Below are positions 49,731-61,220 of a stretch of DNA of 64,000 bases, one piece after another. The DNA comes from Monocercomonoides exilis PA203 (Eukaryota > Protista > Preaxostyla), in contig LSRY02000028.1 in assembly GCA_001643675.2 (NCBI GenBank), positions 620,001 through 684,000 of the forward strand. Direction: 5' to 3'. How positions within the stretch are numbered: the stretch's first letter is position 1; each line of letters starts with the position of its first letter. The notes beneath the pieces were generated by a model. That model saw only the letters and a list, made by a program, of their open reading frames with translations, ran no database searches and had not been told where the DNA came from. Both the position numbers and the translations under genes were made by a program.

Positions 49731-52700
49731 ATGCAAATGCTCAGCGCATCAACATTTTTGATTTCAACGGTTCAATTGTTTATAATTGCAATTCATCAAT
49801 TTTCTTGTGCAGAAGAGAGCATTTTGCATGACCATATCAGGGAGATGCATCTCAATTGTTCATTTCCAATTCCAACATCAAAAATTAATCCATCTTTTCA
49901 AAAGGCGCAGTTTGCAATATCCGAAAACGCAGAGTCAAAAAATGATTTGAAGAGTCTTCTCAAAGCCGAATTAATAACTACAAACACATCAATTTGCATT
50001 CAACAACTTGTGCTTCTGCAGAAAGAGGGATGCTGTTTGGTTTCTTTAAAGTCCAACTCTTCGCTTCATATACATTCATGCTTGTTGAATTTTGCTGGAA
50101 AAGAAAAGTATAGTTTGTTCTTTGGAGGTTGTGGTTCAATTTTGTTTTGGAATATTTCGATGCACTTTTCAAAGAATGTGAAGACGATGACAAGTCTTGT
50201 AGAAGCACCAATGACAAGCTTCAATTCTATTGATGAATTAAACGTAAAAGTTCATAATTCAGAATTCTCATCTTGTGTTCAAGGATCAACACCTTTTTTT
50301 CAACTATCATCTGTTGCTTCCATCGCAATCAGCCACTGTTGCTTTTTTAATATTTCACAGAGAAAAGTCAATGCAAAATCTTATTCATCTTTTTCTTATA
50401 TGAGTCCAGATAAGAAATGTGATTTGGATTCTGTGAATTGCATTTCTGTTCAGAATCCATATTTGGGGTGTATTGTTGATGGATCCACAAGTGTATTCAT
50501 CTGCTGCAATTCGTCATTTTTGAGTTGTGAGGCAGTTTCAACCAGAACTAATTTCAGCGCAGGATCAAAGGAATTCAATGATACAACTTTTTCGTTTCAA
50601 AGTGCAGAAATACAAAATGGTGGAGCAATTTATCTCACTGGGGATGCATCCCTTTCGACTGTAAGATGTTTGTTTGAAAACTGTTCTCTAACAAAATCTG
50701 GTTCCAGAGCAGCTGCAGTTAGAAATGAAGGATCAGGAAAGTGGACGTGTGAAAGTTGTGTTTTTCGTAAATGCTCCGTTTCGTATGCGACAGGTGCCTT
50801 TGATATAAGGGGAACAGGAGTACTCGAAGTGTCTTTTTCCAATTTTACGCAATGTCTTGCAGGAGAAGGTATTGGCGCAGTTGAGATTAATAAACAGACA
50901 TCATGCTTTATCAAAGAATCCATTTTCCTCATGAATGAAGCAAAAGGAGGGTACTCAGGTGCACTTAATTGTTATGTAATTGAGCATGATTTTTCTGTTG
51001 TTTCGTGTGTGTTCAAGTCAAATAGAGCCAAAATCGATGCAGGAGCAATTAGATTTGATCACAGTCAAGTTTACAGTATCACTGCAACACTATCTGATTG
51101 CATTTTCATAAACAATACAGCAAATGAAGGAAATGATATTTATGCACATGAAACCTGGACTGGAAAATTGAATCTTGTTGCATCAAGGTTGTTTTCCACA
51201 AGCAATCAACCCAGAACGACTTTTGCCTGGGCAACTGCAGAGGAGACCTCACATTATGTGATTGATCCGCCAAACAATCAGAATAAGATTATGATTGCAA
51301 CAAATGGCTACGATTGGAATAATTGTGGGCGAAGTGACTTTGATGAATTCAATTGTCTGACAATAAAAAAGGGAATTGAAAGAGCCAAAATAGAATCGAT
51401 GAGTTTTGAGATAAAAGAAGGACTGTTTCCTTCAGGCCAAATTGATATTGGATCTTCAAATGTTATTGGAAGCGGATCTGGAACATCGATGACAAGCATA
51501 AAGTCAGAGATGAAAAGCGGAGAAGAAGCTCTTTTCAGAATAAGTACTGGAAAACTTCAAGCATCGGAAATGAAGTTTATACACGATTGTTCAAACGAAT
51601 ACTGCAGAAGTTCATCATTGTTTCTGATGAGCGAAAGTTCTGGGATTCTTGTTCTTTCTTCTTGCCAAATAACTTGCGAAACTTCATCTGCAGAACAGTT
51701 CTTTTCTAAGCCTCTTATAAGTTCAAAGGAAGGCAAAGTGACTCTTGACTTGTGCCATATCGAGGGCTGCCAGTCTTTGAATGCATTCATCACAAAGCAA
51801 TGTGGAGACCTTGTTGTGAATGATACATGCATCTCAACAATGACTCGGCAGTCTGGGAATGGGGGTGCTATGGAAGTGATATTGGTGGATGACGTAGAAC
51901 ATATCGTAAAAAATGTGTCGTTGAAGCAATGCAAGGTGGGAACAACAAATGAAAAGGGTGGGGGAATCTATTTGGTTCTGTGTGAAAATTCGACAAGCAA
52001 TTATCAAATGGATTCAGTGAATGTGTCAGGAAATGATGCAAAATGGGGAAAAGATATGTTTGTTCAATGTGTTGACTTGAATGGATCAGTTACTACAAGT
52101 CGGATTGTGAATATTAAAAACGATGATGGCGACAATTTGGATTTCTTTGGGATTGACAGCACAGCGTTTCTGGATGTTCCAGTGAATCTGTCCTATTTTT
52201 TCTTGCACAGGCAATCGTTAGAAATCGAAATAATTCAGTCTGGAAAGGATTGTTTGGGATGTGGAGATGATGTATTTCCCTGCAATTCGTTCTGGAGAGG
52301 ATACAAAAACTTGGCAACTGATGCCACAAACGAAAAAAAGGAATTGAGGATTGATGGGTCGACTATCATCCAAGACCAGTTCATTTTGTCTTGTTTGTTG
52401 ATACGCTCAAAACAGGTCGAAGAAACAGCGAAATTGGAATTCCAGTCCATTGTGGAGACAGGAAGTTCAGAGGTGATGCTATTGAATGAGAATAATTTGG
52501 AGTTTGACAGAATCTGCTTCAGCATTCCGTCAAGTTTTTTAATCTCGATATCTTCTCTCATCTCTTCTGCAGACAATGAAAGCTCGAACCTTGTTCTGAA
52601 GAACTGCACATTTAGAAACAAAACCAAGGATTCCATCACATTTTCTCTTCTTCTTGTTTTGGGGGGAACTCTTCGAGTCGAACAATGCACAATATCTCAA

Positions 52701-55700
52701 ATGGCTTTTGGATCAAGCCCTGTAATTGCTTCAAGCAAAGCATTTGTCGTTCTTGGAATGCTAACTATTTCATCTGTGGAACTCACAAGTTGCCCATTAG
52801 TCTCAATTGTTACTGAAGAGCCAAGCAACAAACACACAAGTGGAAATGAGAAAGTTCAATCACTAACATTGAGTTCCTGCACCTTTGAAGGAATAACCTC
52901 TTCTAGTTCAAATATAGCTTGTATTCTGTCATCAACAATTAATGCTCCCGTTTTGATTGATCAGTGCTCATTTATGACTATTTCATCAAAAGACAGCAAC
53001 GATGGAGGAGCCGCGGGAATAACCCTTCAAGAGAAAGGTGCACTCACAGTTAACAACACAGAAACAAGCAGATGCGAATGTGAAAATGATACATCTGGAA
53101 GAGGTGGGTTCATTTTTCTGAACTGTGTGGACAATGCAAATATGATAAAATTTGAGGATTTGCATTTAACCAACAACATGGCAGCGATTGGAAAAGACAT
53201 GTTCATTGTTTGCAGCGATCTCACAGAATTAGTCAATTCAACTTCATTCAGCTTTGCCATGGATATTGAACTTTCCAAACGAATAAATTCACTGATGGGT
53301 TTTGATAGGACTCATTTTGCCAATGCTGAAGATCTTTTTATTTTCATCACAGGATATTTCAACGAAACAATTCACGTCGATGGGGAAAGAGGAATAAATA
53401 ACATCGCCTGTGGAAAACCAAACTTTCCATGTAATTCGTTGAACTTTGGATTGAACAGAACACAGGGTGAGGGAACAAAAAATATTCTCATATCAGGGGG
53501 AAGCTCACTTTTTGAAGAAGTGCAGATGGACAATGTCACTGTTAAATCAGAGCAAGAAAACTCATCATCAAGATTGGTAGTGAATGAGACATTGGCTAAT
53601 TCTGTTGGAGTTGCAATATTTGCAAGCCTTGTATCATTTTCATCAATCAACTTTTCGTTGCCGCCAATTTTCACCAATTTGCAGAAAGCTTTTATTGAAA
53701 CCAGAGAGAGTGATGCGCGCTTGAGCATTTCTGAATGTTCATTCAATCTTCAAAGCGAGGGAATATTGTCTTTCATTCTTTTGTCTGTGAAAGATGGAAA
53801 TATACAGCTTTATTCATGTACATTTGAAATACTTCAAATTTCAAAGCCTTTTATTGAATTTCATCGGTCTTCAGATTTAGCTGATGGGACATTGACGATT
53901 GAACATTGTTTATTTGGCAGTGTAACTCAAAGCTCCAACAGCGCCTGTATGTTGATAACAACGATGGTCAATGATGCAAATGCTATGCTATCAAATTCAT
54001 CATTTACCGTGTGCGCAGCTGATACTAGTGATTGCGGAGGAGCGTTGCATGTGAAGATGGAGGAGGGAGGAAGATTTGAGATAAACGATACAAAGATTTC
54101 TTCATGCTCTGCCATTGCAGGAAAAGGAGGTGGAGTGTTTTTGAATTGTCTTTCAAAGGAAAACAAGATGATTCCATTCCATTTCAAAAACATAACGTTC
54201 TCAAACAACAAGGCGAGGATAGGAAGAGACGTGTTTGTGAAGTGCTTTTCAATTTCCAAACAAATCAGCGAAGAACAATTTGATATAGACTTTCGTGAAC
54301 CACCGTATGATAGGTTTAATGCGATCTGGGGTGTGGATGAAATACTTCCAATTGAAGATGTGGATCTTATTCCTCTTATTGTTGTGTATCGCAGCGAGCT
54401 GATTTTTGTGTGTGGAGTGAATGATGAGGGGAATGATGCGAAACCATGTGGGAACTCAACAACACCATGCAAATCCTTGAGTTATGGATTGTCTCATATT
54501 GTGTCTTCAGCATACAGTCAGCTTCTGATAGATCGAGAATGTGACATATCACAAACATGCACTTCAAACAGTGTGACGGTTAAGAGTCTGAATCCAGTAA
54601 CATATGCTGTTGTTCATCTGAGAACGGAAATTTCAGAATCACAAAGATCAGAGTGTATTATGGAAAGTGTTGAGACCGTGAAATTTGAATGTGTTTCATT
54701 TTTATTTCAACATGGATTTGTCTCAACGTGCAAAAGCATATTCATTCAAATGAATGGATCATTGGTTGTTGCATCCTGTTTATTCTCCAGTGCTGATCAG
54801 AGCATTTGCATCAATCAATCGTTATTTTCAATTGCATCAGGATCATTTGATATGAGCAGAACAAGCGTGAAACACATGATCACTTCAAGTCCGTTGTTTG
54901 AGCCAAGGAGTTCTTGTATTGCTCAGCTGCAAGCCGTTGAGTTTGGTGAATTGACATTAGGAAGCTCACTGATCGATGCTTGTGAAGGCTCAAATCTCAT
55001 CATTAAAGAAATAAACACTTCAGATATCACTGTTAAAAACAGTTCTCTAATTTCAATAAAAGAGCGAAGCATTTCGAAAATGAACGAGGAGAATCTTAAA
55101 AGTTCTATTATGATAATTCACTCGAATGTCTCTGGGATCAAACGAATGACACCAGGCGCATGCTTGTTGTCATCATCTTCTTCCATTCCAACTCTCTGTC
55201 GAATCTCAAACTGCTCATTTGCTAATCAGACATCATCTTCCACAAATGCACAGATTATTGATATGTCCAATAATGTTTCCATCGAATCTTCGTTTTTTGA
55301 AGGATATCAAAATGATACCAATATCATCGATAATTCAGCAATTGAAGATGCGTGCCATTGGAATGGATCGTTGATTTATCTTTTCAACAGCACTAGCCAT
55401 TTGAAGGACACAATCATCACAAACTCTGCAGAAGGGGGCGTATCAGTTGATTGTGGGAATGTTGACATCACCATGGGGATGTTTGTGAACAACACGCCTT
55501 CCCTTCCGCAATATCCATCAGCTCGAAGAAATGTTATCTGCACAGGCTCTGCTGTGGTGGATGTGGTGAGTCTGAAGGGAGGCGACGGGTTGAAAGACAA
55601 TTCATCGCTGTGGATTCTGAATGAGGGGTGCACTCTGAAGGGTTTGGCCTCAGATCGGCCATCTGCTTTGTTTGTCACTGAGCTGCGAGAGGTGCAGATG

Positions 55701-57380
55701 GAAGTGGAAGGCACGCAGGCCAAGCTCAGGTTTGTGGGTGAGCTCTTGCTCCCCTGCAACCTCTCCTGCCAGCTGGTGCGCTCGCTCCGCTCTGAGCAGC
55801 ACATTGAGAGGCATGAGTTTGGGGAGGATGGGTTTGTGGATGAGCACGAGGCCTGGTGTACAGTTTCATCCTCAGAGATTGAGCCCGAGGCAGAAGCAGA
55901 AGAAGAATCAGAAGAGGTGAGCGTATGTCTTCTGTTTGGGAACGCTGATTCTCCCTCATCAACCCAGTCATTCATTCTGAAGAATAGAAGTGAGCCGGAA
56001 CAAAAAGGAGATGAAAGAATTGTTAAAGGAGGAAAAGAAGGAAAATCCTATTGGTTGTTGATTGTAATAATCATGAGTATCATATTACTAATAATTCTAA
56101 TTGTATCTATTATATTTATTGTTCGATGGAAGAAGGTTAAGAATGAGGCAGAAGATTTGCGAGTGATTGTGAATGACAACATCAGAAAAGATCCAAAGGC
56201 ATTTGAGATGGTGACAATGGAGATATCGCCTGAGGAGCAGTGGAGAAGAGCAGAAAGAGAGGCAGAAAAGAAGAATGAAGAGAGAATGAAGAAGAGAATA
56301 TATGATACGAACATGCAACACTCTGAGTCTTCGGAGCATCTTCTATCTGAGAGTGGATCAACTGAATACATCCTTGGAAAAGACTCAGACAAGATTCCCG
56401 ATTGGGCATTAGAAAAGGTTGATGAGAAGGAAGACGATATTTCGAGAAAGAGAACGCCATCTCCATCCATCTCATCCACTTCAACAACTTCAACCACAGA
56501 TTCAGATTCAACATTTGTTCGGGGAGAAGATCTGTGCCCAACCACCTCATCGATGTCGAATCTGGTGGATGCCATGGCCTGTTCATCCCCTTTTGAGAAG
56601 CTGATTGTTGATCTGAGGGATTCGTTGTTCATGTTATTGCATGGGAGGAACGAGAAGAAGGAGATGGCGATAGGCACTCTGCAAGAGAGGGAGCAGACAG
56701 CTGCTCAGATCCTGTTCTGGGTGGCCAATCTTGCTCTCCATTCCTTTGACGAAATGGAAAATACTCTTTCTTCTCTTGACAATCTCAGTCCGCATATTGT
56801 GTTGTTCTCTGAACACATGGTTATCTGCATTGCCCTCCACTCCGACTGCTCCTCAGACTCGGATTCATCATCCATCTCTTCATCAACTATTGTGACATCT
56901 GTCAGTGATGATGATGATGATGACTCCCTTCCTTCATCCGCGTTTGAAGAAGAGGATGACTTCAAAAAAGAGTGTTTGAGGTGGAAGGCACCTGAGCTGC
57001 TGCTTAACAAGAAAATGGCGGCTTCCGAAAAATCTGTTGTATTTTCGATAGGGATGATACTGTGGGAGTGTTTGACATTGGAAATCCCGTTTGGGGAGTA
57101 TCCAGCAGAAGTGGCGGGACAGAAGATTGCGAATGGAGAAAGGCCAGATGTAGCGAGGATTGGAAATAGGAAGTGGGAGAAAGTGATGAAGATGAGCACA
57201 TCCAGCCGATCATCAGACCGTCCATCACTTCGTGAAGTGAAGCGAGGATGCATTGGGTGTTTTCCTACTGGTTCATTGATGATGACAGTGTCTGACGCAA
57301 TTGGGGAATGGGCGAACAGCAGAGGAGAAGGCAGAGACGAAAGTGAAAATAGTGAAAGACAGACACTCACAAAGGAATGA
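49731..57380 (+). CDS. 2549-aa single-pass receptor-like protein: beta-helix/Pmp-like ectodomain, TM segment, degenerate kinase C-lobe
   Basis: Intronless ORF; hydrophobic N-terminus; GGA(I) repeats and four CG-containing modules (three with CG..PC); TM WLLIVIIMSIILLIILIVSIIFIV; RWKAPELL, VFSIGMILWECLTLEIPF, RPS; no HRD or DFG. Confidence 0.85.
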   Translation: MQMLSASTFLISTVQLFIIAIHQFSCAEESILHDHIREMHLNCSFPIPTSKINPSFQKAQFAISENAESKNDLKSLLKAELITTNTSICIQQLVLLQKEGCCLVSLKSNSSLHIHSCLLNFAGKEKYSLFFGGCGSILFWNISMHFSKNVKTMTSLVEAPMTSFNSIDELNVKVHNSEFSSCVQGSTPFFQLSSVASIAISHCCFFNISQRKVNAKSYSSFSYMSPDKKCDLDSVNCISVQNPYLGCIVDGSTSVFICCNSSFLSCEAVSTRTNFSAGSKEFNDTTFSFQSAEIQNGGAIYLTGDASLSTVRCLFENCSLTKSGSRAAAVRNEGSGKWTCESCVFRKCSVSYATGAFDIRGTGVLEVSFSNFTQCLAGEGIGAVEINKQTSCFIKESIFLMNEAKGGYSGALNCYVIEHDFSVVSCVFKSNRAKIDAGAIRFDHSQVYSITATLSDCIFINNTANEGNDIYAHETWTGKLNLVASRLFSTSNQPRTTFAWATAEETSHYVIDPPNNQNKIMIATNGYDWNNCGRSDFDEFNCLTIKKGIERAKIESMSFEIKEGLFPSGQIDIGSSNVIGSGSGTSMTSIKSEMKSGEEALFRISTGKLQASEMKFIHDCSNEYCRSSSLFLMSESSGILVLSSCQITCETSSAEQFFSKPLISSKEGKVTLDLCHIEGCQSLNAFITKQCGDLVVNDTCISTMTRQSGNGGAMEVILVDDVEHIVKNVSLKQCKVGTTNEKGGGIYLVLCENSTSNYQMDSVNVSGNDAKWGKDMFVQCVDLNGSVTTSRIVNIKNDDGDNLDFFGIDSTAFLDVPVNLSYFFLHRQSLEIEIIQSGKDCLGCGDDVFPCNSFWRGYKNLATDATNEKKELRIDGSTIIQDQFILSCLLIRSKQVEETAKLEFQSIVETGSSEVMLLNENNLEFDRICFSIPSSFLISISSLISSADNESSNLVLKNCTFRNKTKDSITFSLLLVLGGTLRVEQCTISQMAFGSSPVIASSKAFVVLGMLTISSVELTSCPLVSIVTEEPSNKHTSGNEKVQSLTLSSCTFEGITSSSSNIACILSSTINAPVLIDQCSFMTISSKDSNDGGAAGITLQEKGALTVNNTETSRCECENDTSGRGGFIFLNCVDNANMIKFEDLHLTNNMAAIGKDMFIVCSDLTELVNSTSFSFAMDIELSKRINSLMGFDRTHFANAEDLFIFITGYFNETIHVDGERGINNIACGKPNFPCNSLNFGLNRTQGEGTKNILISGGSSLFEEVQMDNVTVKSEQENSSSRLVVNETLANSVGVAIFASLVSFSSINFSLPPIFTNLQKAFIETRESDARLSISECSFNLQSEGILSFILLSVKDGNIQLYSCTFEILQISKPFIEFHRSSDLADGTLTIEHCLFGSVTQSSNSACMLITTMVNDANAMLSNSSFTVCAADTSDCGGALHVKMEEGGRFEINDTKISSCSAIAGKGGGVFLNCLSKENKMIPFHFKNITFSNNKARIGRDVFVKCFSISKQISEEQFDIDFREPPYDRFNAIWGVDEILPIEDVDLIPLIVVYRSELIFVCGVNDEGNDAKPCGNSTTPCKSLSYGLSHIVSSAYSQLLIDRECDISQTCTSNSVTVKSLNPVTYAVVHLRTEISESQRSECIMESVETVKFECVSFLFQHGFVSTCKSIFIQMNGSLVVASCLFSSADQSICINQSLFSIASGSFDMSRTSVKHMITSSPLFEPRSSCIAQLQAVEFGELTLGSSLIDACEGSNLIIKEINTSDITVKNSSLISIKERSISKMNEENLKSSIMIIHSNVSGIKRMTPGACLLSSSSSIPTLCRISNCSFANQTSSSTNAQIIDMSNNVSIESSFFEGYQNDTNIIDNSAIEDACHWNGSLIYLFNSTSHLKDTIITNSAEGGVSVDCGNVDITMGMFVNNTPSLPQYPSARRNVICTGSAVVDVVSLKGGDGLKDNSSLWILNEGCTLKGLASDRPSALFVTELREVQMEVEGTQAKLRFVGELLLPCNLSCQLVRSLRSEQHIERHEFGEDGFVDEHEAWCTVSSSEIEPEAEAEEESEEVSVCLLFGNADSPSSTQSFILKNRSEPEQKGDERIVKGGKEGKSYWLLIVIIMSIILLIILIVSIIFIVRWKKVKNEAEDLRVIVNDNIRKDPKAFEMVTMEISPEEQWRRAEREAEKKNEERMKKRIYDTNMQHSESSEHLLSESGSTEYILGKDSDKIPDWALEKVDEKEDDISRKRTPSPSISSTSTTSTTDSDSTFVRGEDLCPTTSSMSNLVDAMACSSPFEKLIVDLRDSLFMLLHGRNEKKEMAIGTLQEREQTAAQILFWVANLALHSFDEMENTLSSLDNLSPHIVLFSEHMVICIALHSDCSSDSDSSSISSSTIVTSVSDDDDDDSLPSSAFEEEDDFKKECLRWKAPELLLNKKMAASEKSVVFSIGMILWECLTLEIPFGEYPAEVAGQKIANGERPDVARIGNRKWEKVMKMSTSSRSSDRPSLREVKRGCIGCFPTGSLMMTVSDAIGEWANSRGEGRDESENSERQTLTKE

Positions 57381-58570
57381 AAAAGGAAGTTGAAGTGATG
57401 ATTCTACTGAGTTGACAAAAGCCGAGCTTCAAAATATGAAAAATGAAGACTTCTATTTGTAACCGCACTAGTACTTGTGAACGTCTCTTCAATTGTGATT
57501 TAATTTCAAAAAAATGTGGGTTAGACTATTTTGATTTTGTTTTCAAGGATGATGTTTGATGAATTGCTTTTGACATTTTCATATTTGAATGCCAATTTCA
57601 GTTCTCCATCATTCTCAATTTTCGTTTGAGGTTTATTTGCTTCATGAATGAAAATATTAAGAAAGTTTTAATGGCTGATCCTTTATGAAATCATAATTTC
57701 GTTCGAGTTTTGATCATAAATTTTTTCTCAATGGAATTTAAGTCAAATTTATGTTTCTACAATAACAATATCATAAATATAATGTGTTCCCTATTTCAAC
57801 ACATTTTTTCAAAAATCCGTTTAAATAAAAAAAATGAAATTATTATTATAATTAAAATAAAAATTCGAACTAAGGTTTGCTTTAAAAAATTCCGCTATAT
57901 GGAAAGCACTTGGCTAGAGTTGAATATCATTTTCTTATCAGTTTTGTGAGAAAGAAATTCACAAAATGAATAATACATTTTATAAACATTTCCTAAAAAT
58001 ATTTAAACAAAAAGTCAAAATAGAGTTACAATTCTTTTTTGTGAAAAACAAAATAGTGTTTGAAAAATAAACTTGAAGTGTGAAATGATATTATAGATAA
58101 TGAAGTAAGTGGGAAGATGTTCTTCTCTTTTTGAATTTTGTGCCAAGTGATGATTTTGAATCTTTCTCCCAATTCTTTATTTTCAAACTTATTTGCGCAG
58201 ATAATTCAAGAGATTTTGTGGAATGAAAGTGAAAAAACTTAAGAACAAAACGTGGTTTTTTCACAAAAAATAAAAAATTCTGCTCCAAATAAACATTTTT
58301 GACAATTCACGGCTCATCGAGATAGTTTTAAACTTGTTAACGATTTCAATTTTTCTGATTTCTGTTTCACAAATATCAAATAAGGTACATATTTTACTTG
58401 ACCTCAAAAATTAATTTAAATCATTTTTGTTTTAAACTAATTTTTGCTTTTTTAATTTGTGAAAAGGCTGAAAACAAAAACAAAATAAATAGACTTCTTG
58501 ATATTTTTATTTTTCAGAATTCTGTTGATAAAAATTATGAAATTTTTATGTTCAAAGAAATATTCAAATA

Positions 58571-58976
58571 TAGTTAGTGTAAATAATGGTGGACACTTTC
58601 AATAACTGTGGACAGTTGCATGATCTCAACGACCATTGATAGTTGTATTAAGATTAAAAACCCAACTATTCCCTCAATGCTTATGAACTTATAAGACATA
58701 CAGAAATGAAACAACTTGCTCTTCAGAATTAAGAAGATAGCATTTTCTATTATCGGAGAAACTCGGAGTATTTTATTTCTCCGAATTTCTCCGAAAAGAA
58801 AAAACAATTTATATATAATTTCAGTATATTGGTTTGGTGATAATAATCATTCACATGAGTTTGTATTCAATAAAGAAATAATCTGGCTAATTGTCAAAAT
58901 GCAACTTTCAATGGTTGTTTAGAAAATTCGACTGTCCACAGTTATTGAAAGTGTCCACCATTATTAACACTAACTA
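58571..58976. mobile_element. 406-bp Tc1/mariner-type MITE with TA TSD
   Basis: TA|TAGTTAGTGTAAATAATGGTGGACACTTTCAATAACTGTGGACAGT...ACTGTCCACAGTTATTGAAAGTGTCCACCATTATTAACACTAACTA|TA. Confidence 0.9.
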
Positions 58977-60070
58977 TATTTATTATTTTAGTACCCAAAT
59001 CAAAGACTTGCTGACTTTGAAGCGAATATTTTGTACCGAACGTTTAAAGCCACAGCATCACAATTCGACATTCCTATATTGTTATTTTAACTGGTTTTTA
59101 AATTTTTCAATTAAATATTTGACCTTTTTTTTCTCATTTCACTGTTTTTGTATAAAACACAGTTTTCGGAACAAATATGAATTTGAGTAAATTTTCATGC
59201 ACATAAAAAATAAAAACAAGGTGTTATTTATTGTATATTTTTGTTTAATTCTGAAATGAAAAAGAATTGAACAAGAATTTGAAGCGAAATGGAAGAACAT
59301 ATGAAAACTTTGATCTGAAAATTGTTCGTCAAATACAAATATTTTGTTGTTTTTTCTTTGAGATATCATTTCATTTCAAATTTGTTTTTATTTCATTTCA
59401 TTAAATTTTAAAACAAATGGATGCATGTCTCTGAAATCGTGTTTTTTTAAAAAAAACAATGAAATAAGAAAAAATGAAAAAAAACCAAGTTGAGAAAGTC
59501 AAAAACAACAAAATCATATCAAAAAGAATCGATGTCATATGATATGAAAGCTTAAAACTTCGGAATATAAGTATTCGATGGAAAAGCAGCAAGCAAATGA
59601 TCAATACATATGATTATTATAATCCTTGATCTTTTTGTTAAATATGAAATATTGAAAAAAAATAACAGAATAATTAGATCATTATTTAACAAACAGTTCT
59701 GGTTATTTTAAATTATAAACAAACTTGCGTAAAGCTAAAAGCATGACAAAAAAGAAAAAGGTCTTGATAAAGAAAAAAGATCAAAATAAAATCACAGCCC
59801 AAGATGGAAAAAATTATTTATTGGAGAAACTCAAATATTTCTGTTTGTCAACAGGAAATGAAAATTCAAGAAATATTTTAATAGTTGTTTGTCACTAGAA
59901 ATAATCTTAAAAATTGAACTTTTCAATCATTAAATAACAAAATGAAATAATACTTCAACAAATTCAAAATTTAAGTTGTTTATTGAGACAAATAGCTCAA
60001 ACTGGTTTGAAATCTTCGAAATCATTGAATATATATGAATTTCGTTTTTTTCCCCATACCGTTTTAAATA

Positions 60071-61074
60071 GAGTCAACTTTTTAATGTGACTTTTTCCCT
60101 TATTGGCACTTTTTTTGATTTTGACTGCAAACAACCGAAAAACGCTGGATGACTTTTAGCACTTTATAAATCTTTTTTAACTAGTTTAATTCTATTTATT
60201 TACTGTTTTATTATTTGTTTTTGTTTTTTAAACATTGAGAAATTTCGTTTTTTTGCTAAATTTAATAGGACTTTTTCTAGCCAGCCAGGCAACTCACAAG
60301 AAACTGATGAGTTGTTTTGAATAGCATAAACTATAATCTAACTATTTTTAAATTCTTTTTTTCACAAACACTTTTTTCTTGTTTTTTTCACATTTCATTT
60401 TTTTAACAACATGCAAACATAAAACTGTTTATTTCTTTATTAATATAATGAAATGTAAAAATAACAATTTGATACGAAAATAAAAAATTCTAATAATTAA
60501 ATGTTGTTATAATAAAACAATTATTTTTTCTATTTGTCAAGAATTTAACTTTGTCACAAAAAATTGATCGTTGATCGTTTCAATATGGTTCCAATTGTCC
60601 GTTAAAGATAAATAGAAAAAATAATTGTTTTATTATAACAACATTTAATTATTAGAATTTTTTATTTTCGTATCAAATTGTTATTTTTACATTTCATTAT
60701 ATTAATAAAGAAATAAACAGTTTTATGTTTGCATGTTGTTAAAAAAATGAAATGTGAAAAAAACAAGAAAAAAGTGTTTGTGAAAAAAAGAATTTAAAAA
60801 TAGTTAGATTATAGTTTATGCTATTCAAAACAACTCATCAGTTTCTTGTGAGTTGCCTGGTTGGCTAGAAAAAGTCCTATTAAATTTAGCAAAAAAACGA
60901 AATTTCTCAATGTTTAAAAAACAAAAACAAATAATAAAACAGTAAATAAATAGAATTAAACTAGTTAAAAAAGATTTATAAAGTGCTAAAAGTCATCCAG
61001 CGTTTTTCGGTTGTTTGCAGTCAAAATCAAAAAAAGTGCCAATAAGGGAAAAAGTCCTATTAAAAAGTTGACAC
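60071..61074. repeat. ~1-kb near-perfect palindrome (foldback element): arms ~467 bp, spacer ~68 bp
   Basis: 60071-60538 is the reverse complement of 60607-61074 with very few mismatches. No clear TSD. Confidence 0.92.
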
Positions 61075-61220
61075 TTCGCAAAAAAATTTCGTTGAGTTTT
61101 TTTAACAAACATCGATAATGAATTATGTTATTTATTAAAACGTAACTGTGTTTAGTTCGTATTAGTTTGAAAAAAAAAATTCCTGAAATATGCAAAAGAA
61201 ACAGCCTTAATTATTATTTC

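Noticed and set aside
33767-57370. Many antisense and alternate-frame ORFs overlapping the long genes
   Set aside because: Shadows of GC-rich low-complexity coding sequence with no independent motifs.
58021-58290. Weak inverted repeat (TTTTTTGTGAAAAA / TTTTTCACAAAAAA), possible old MITE
   Set aside because: Short, low complexity, no convincing TSD.
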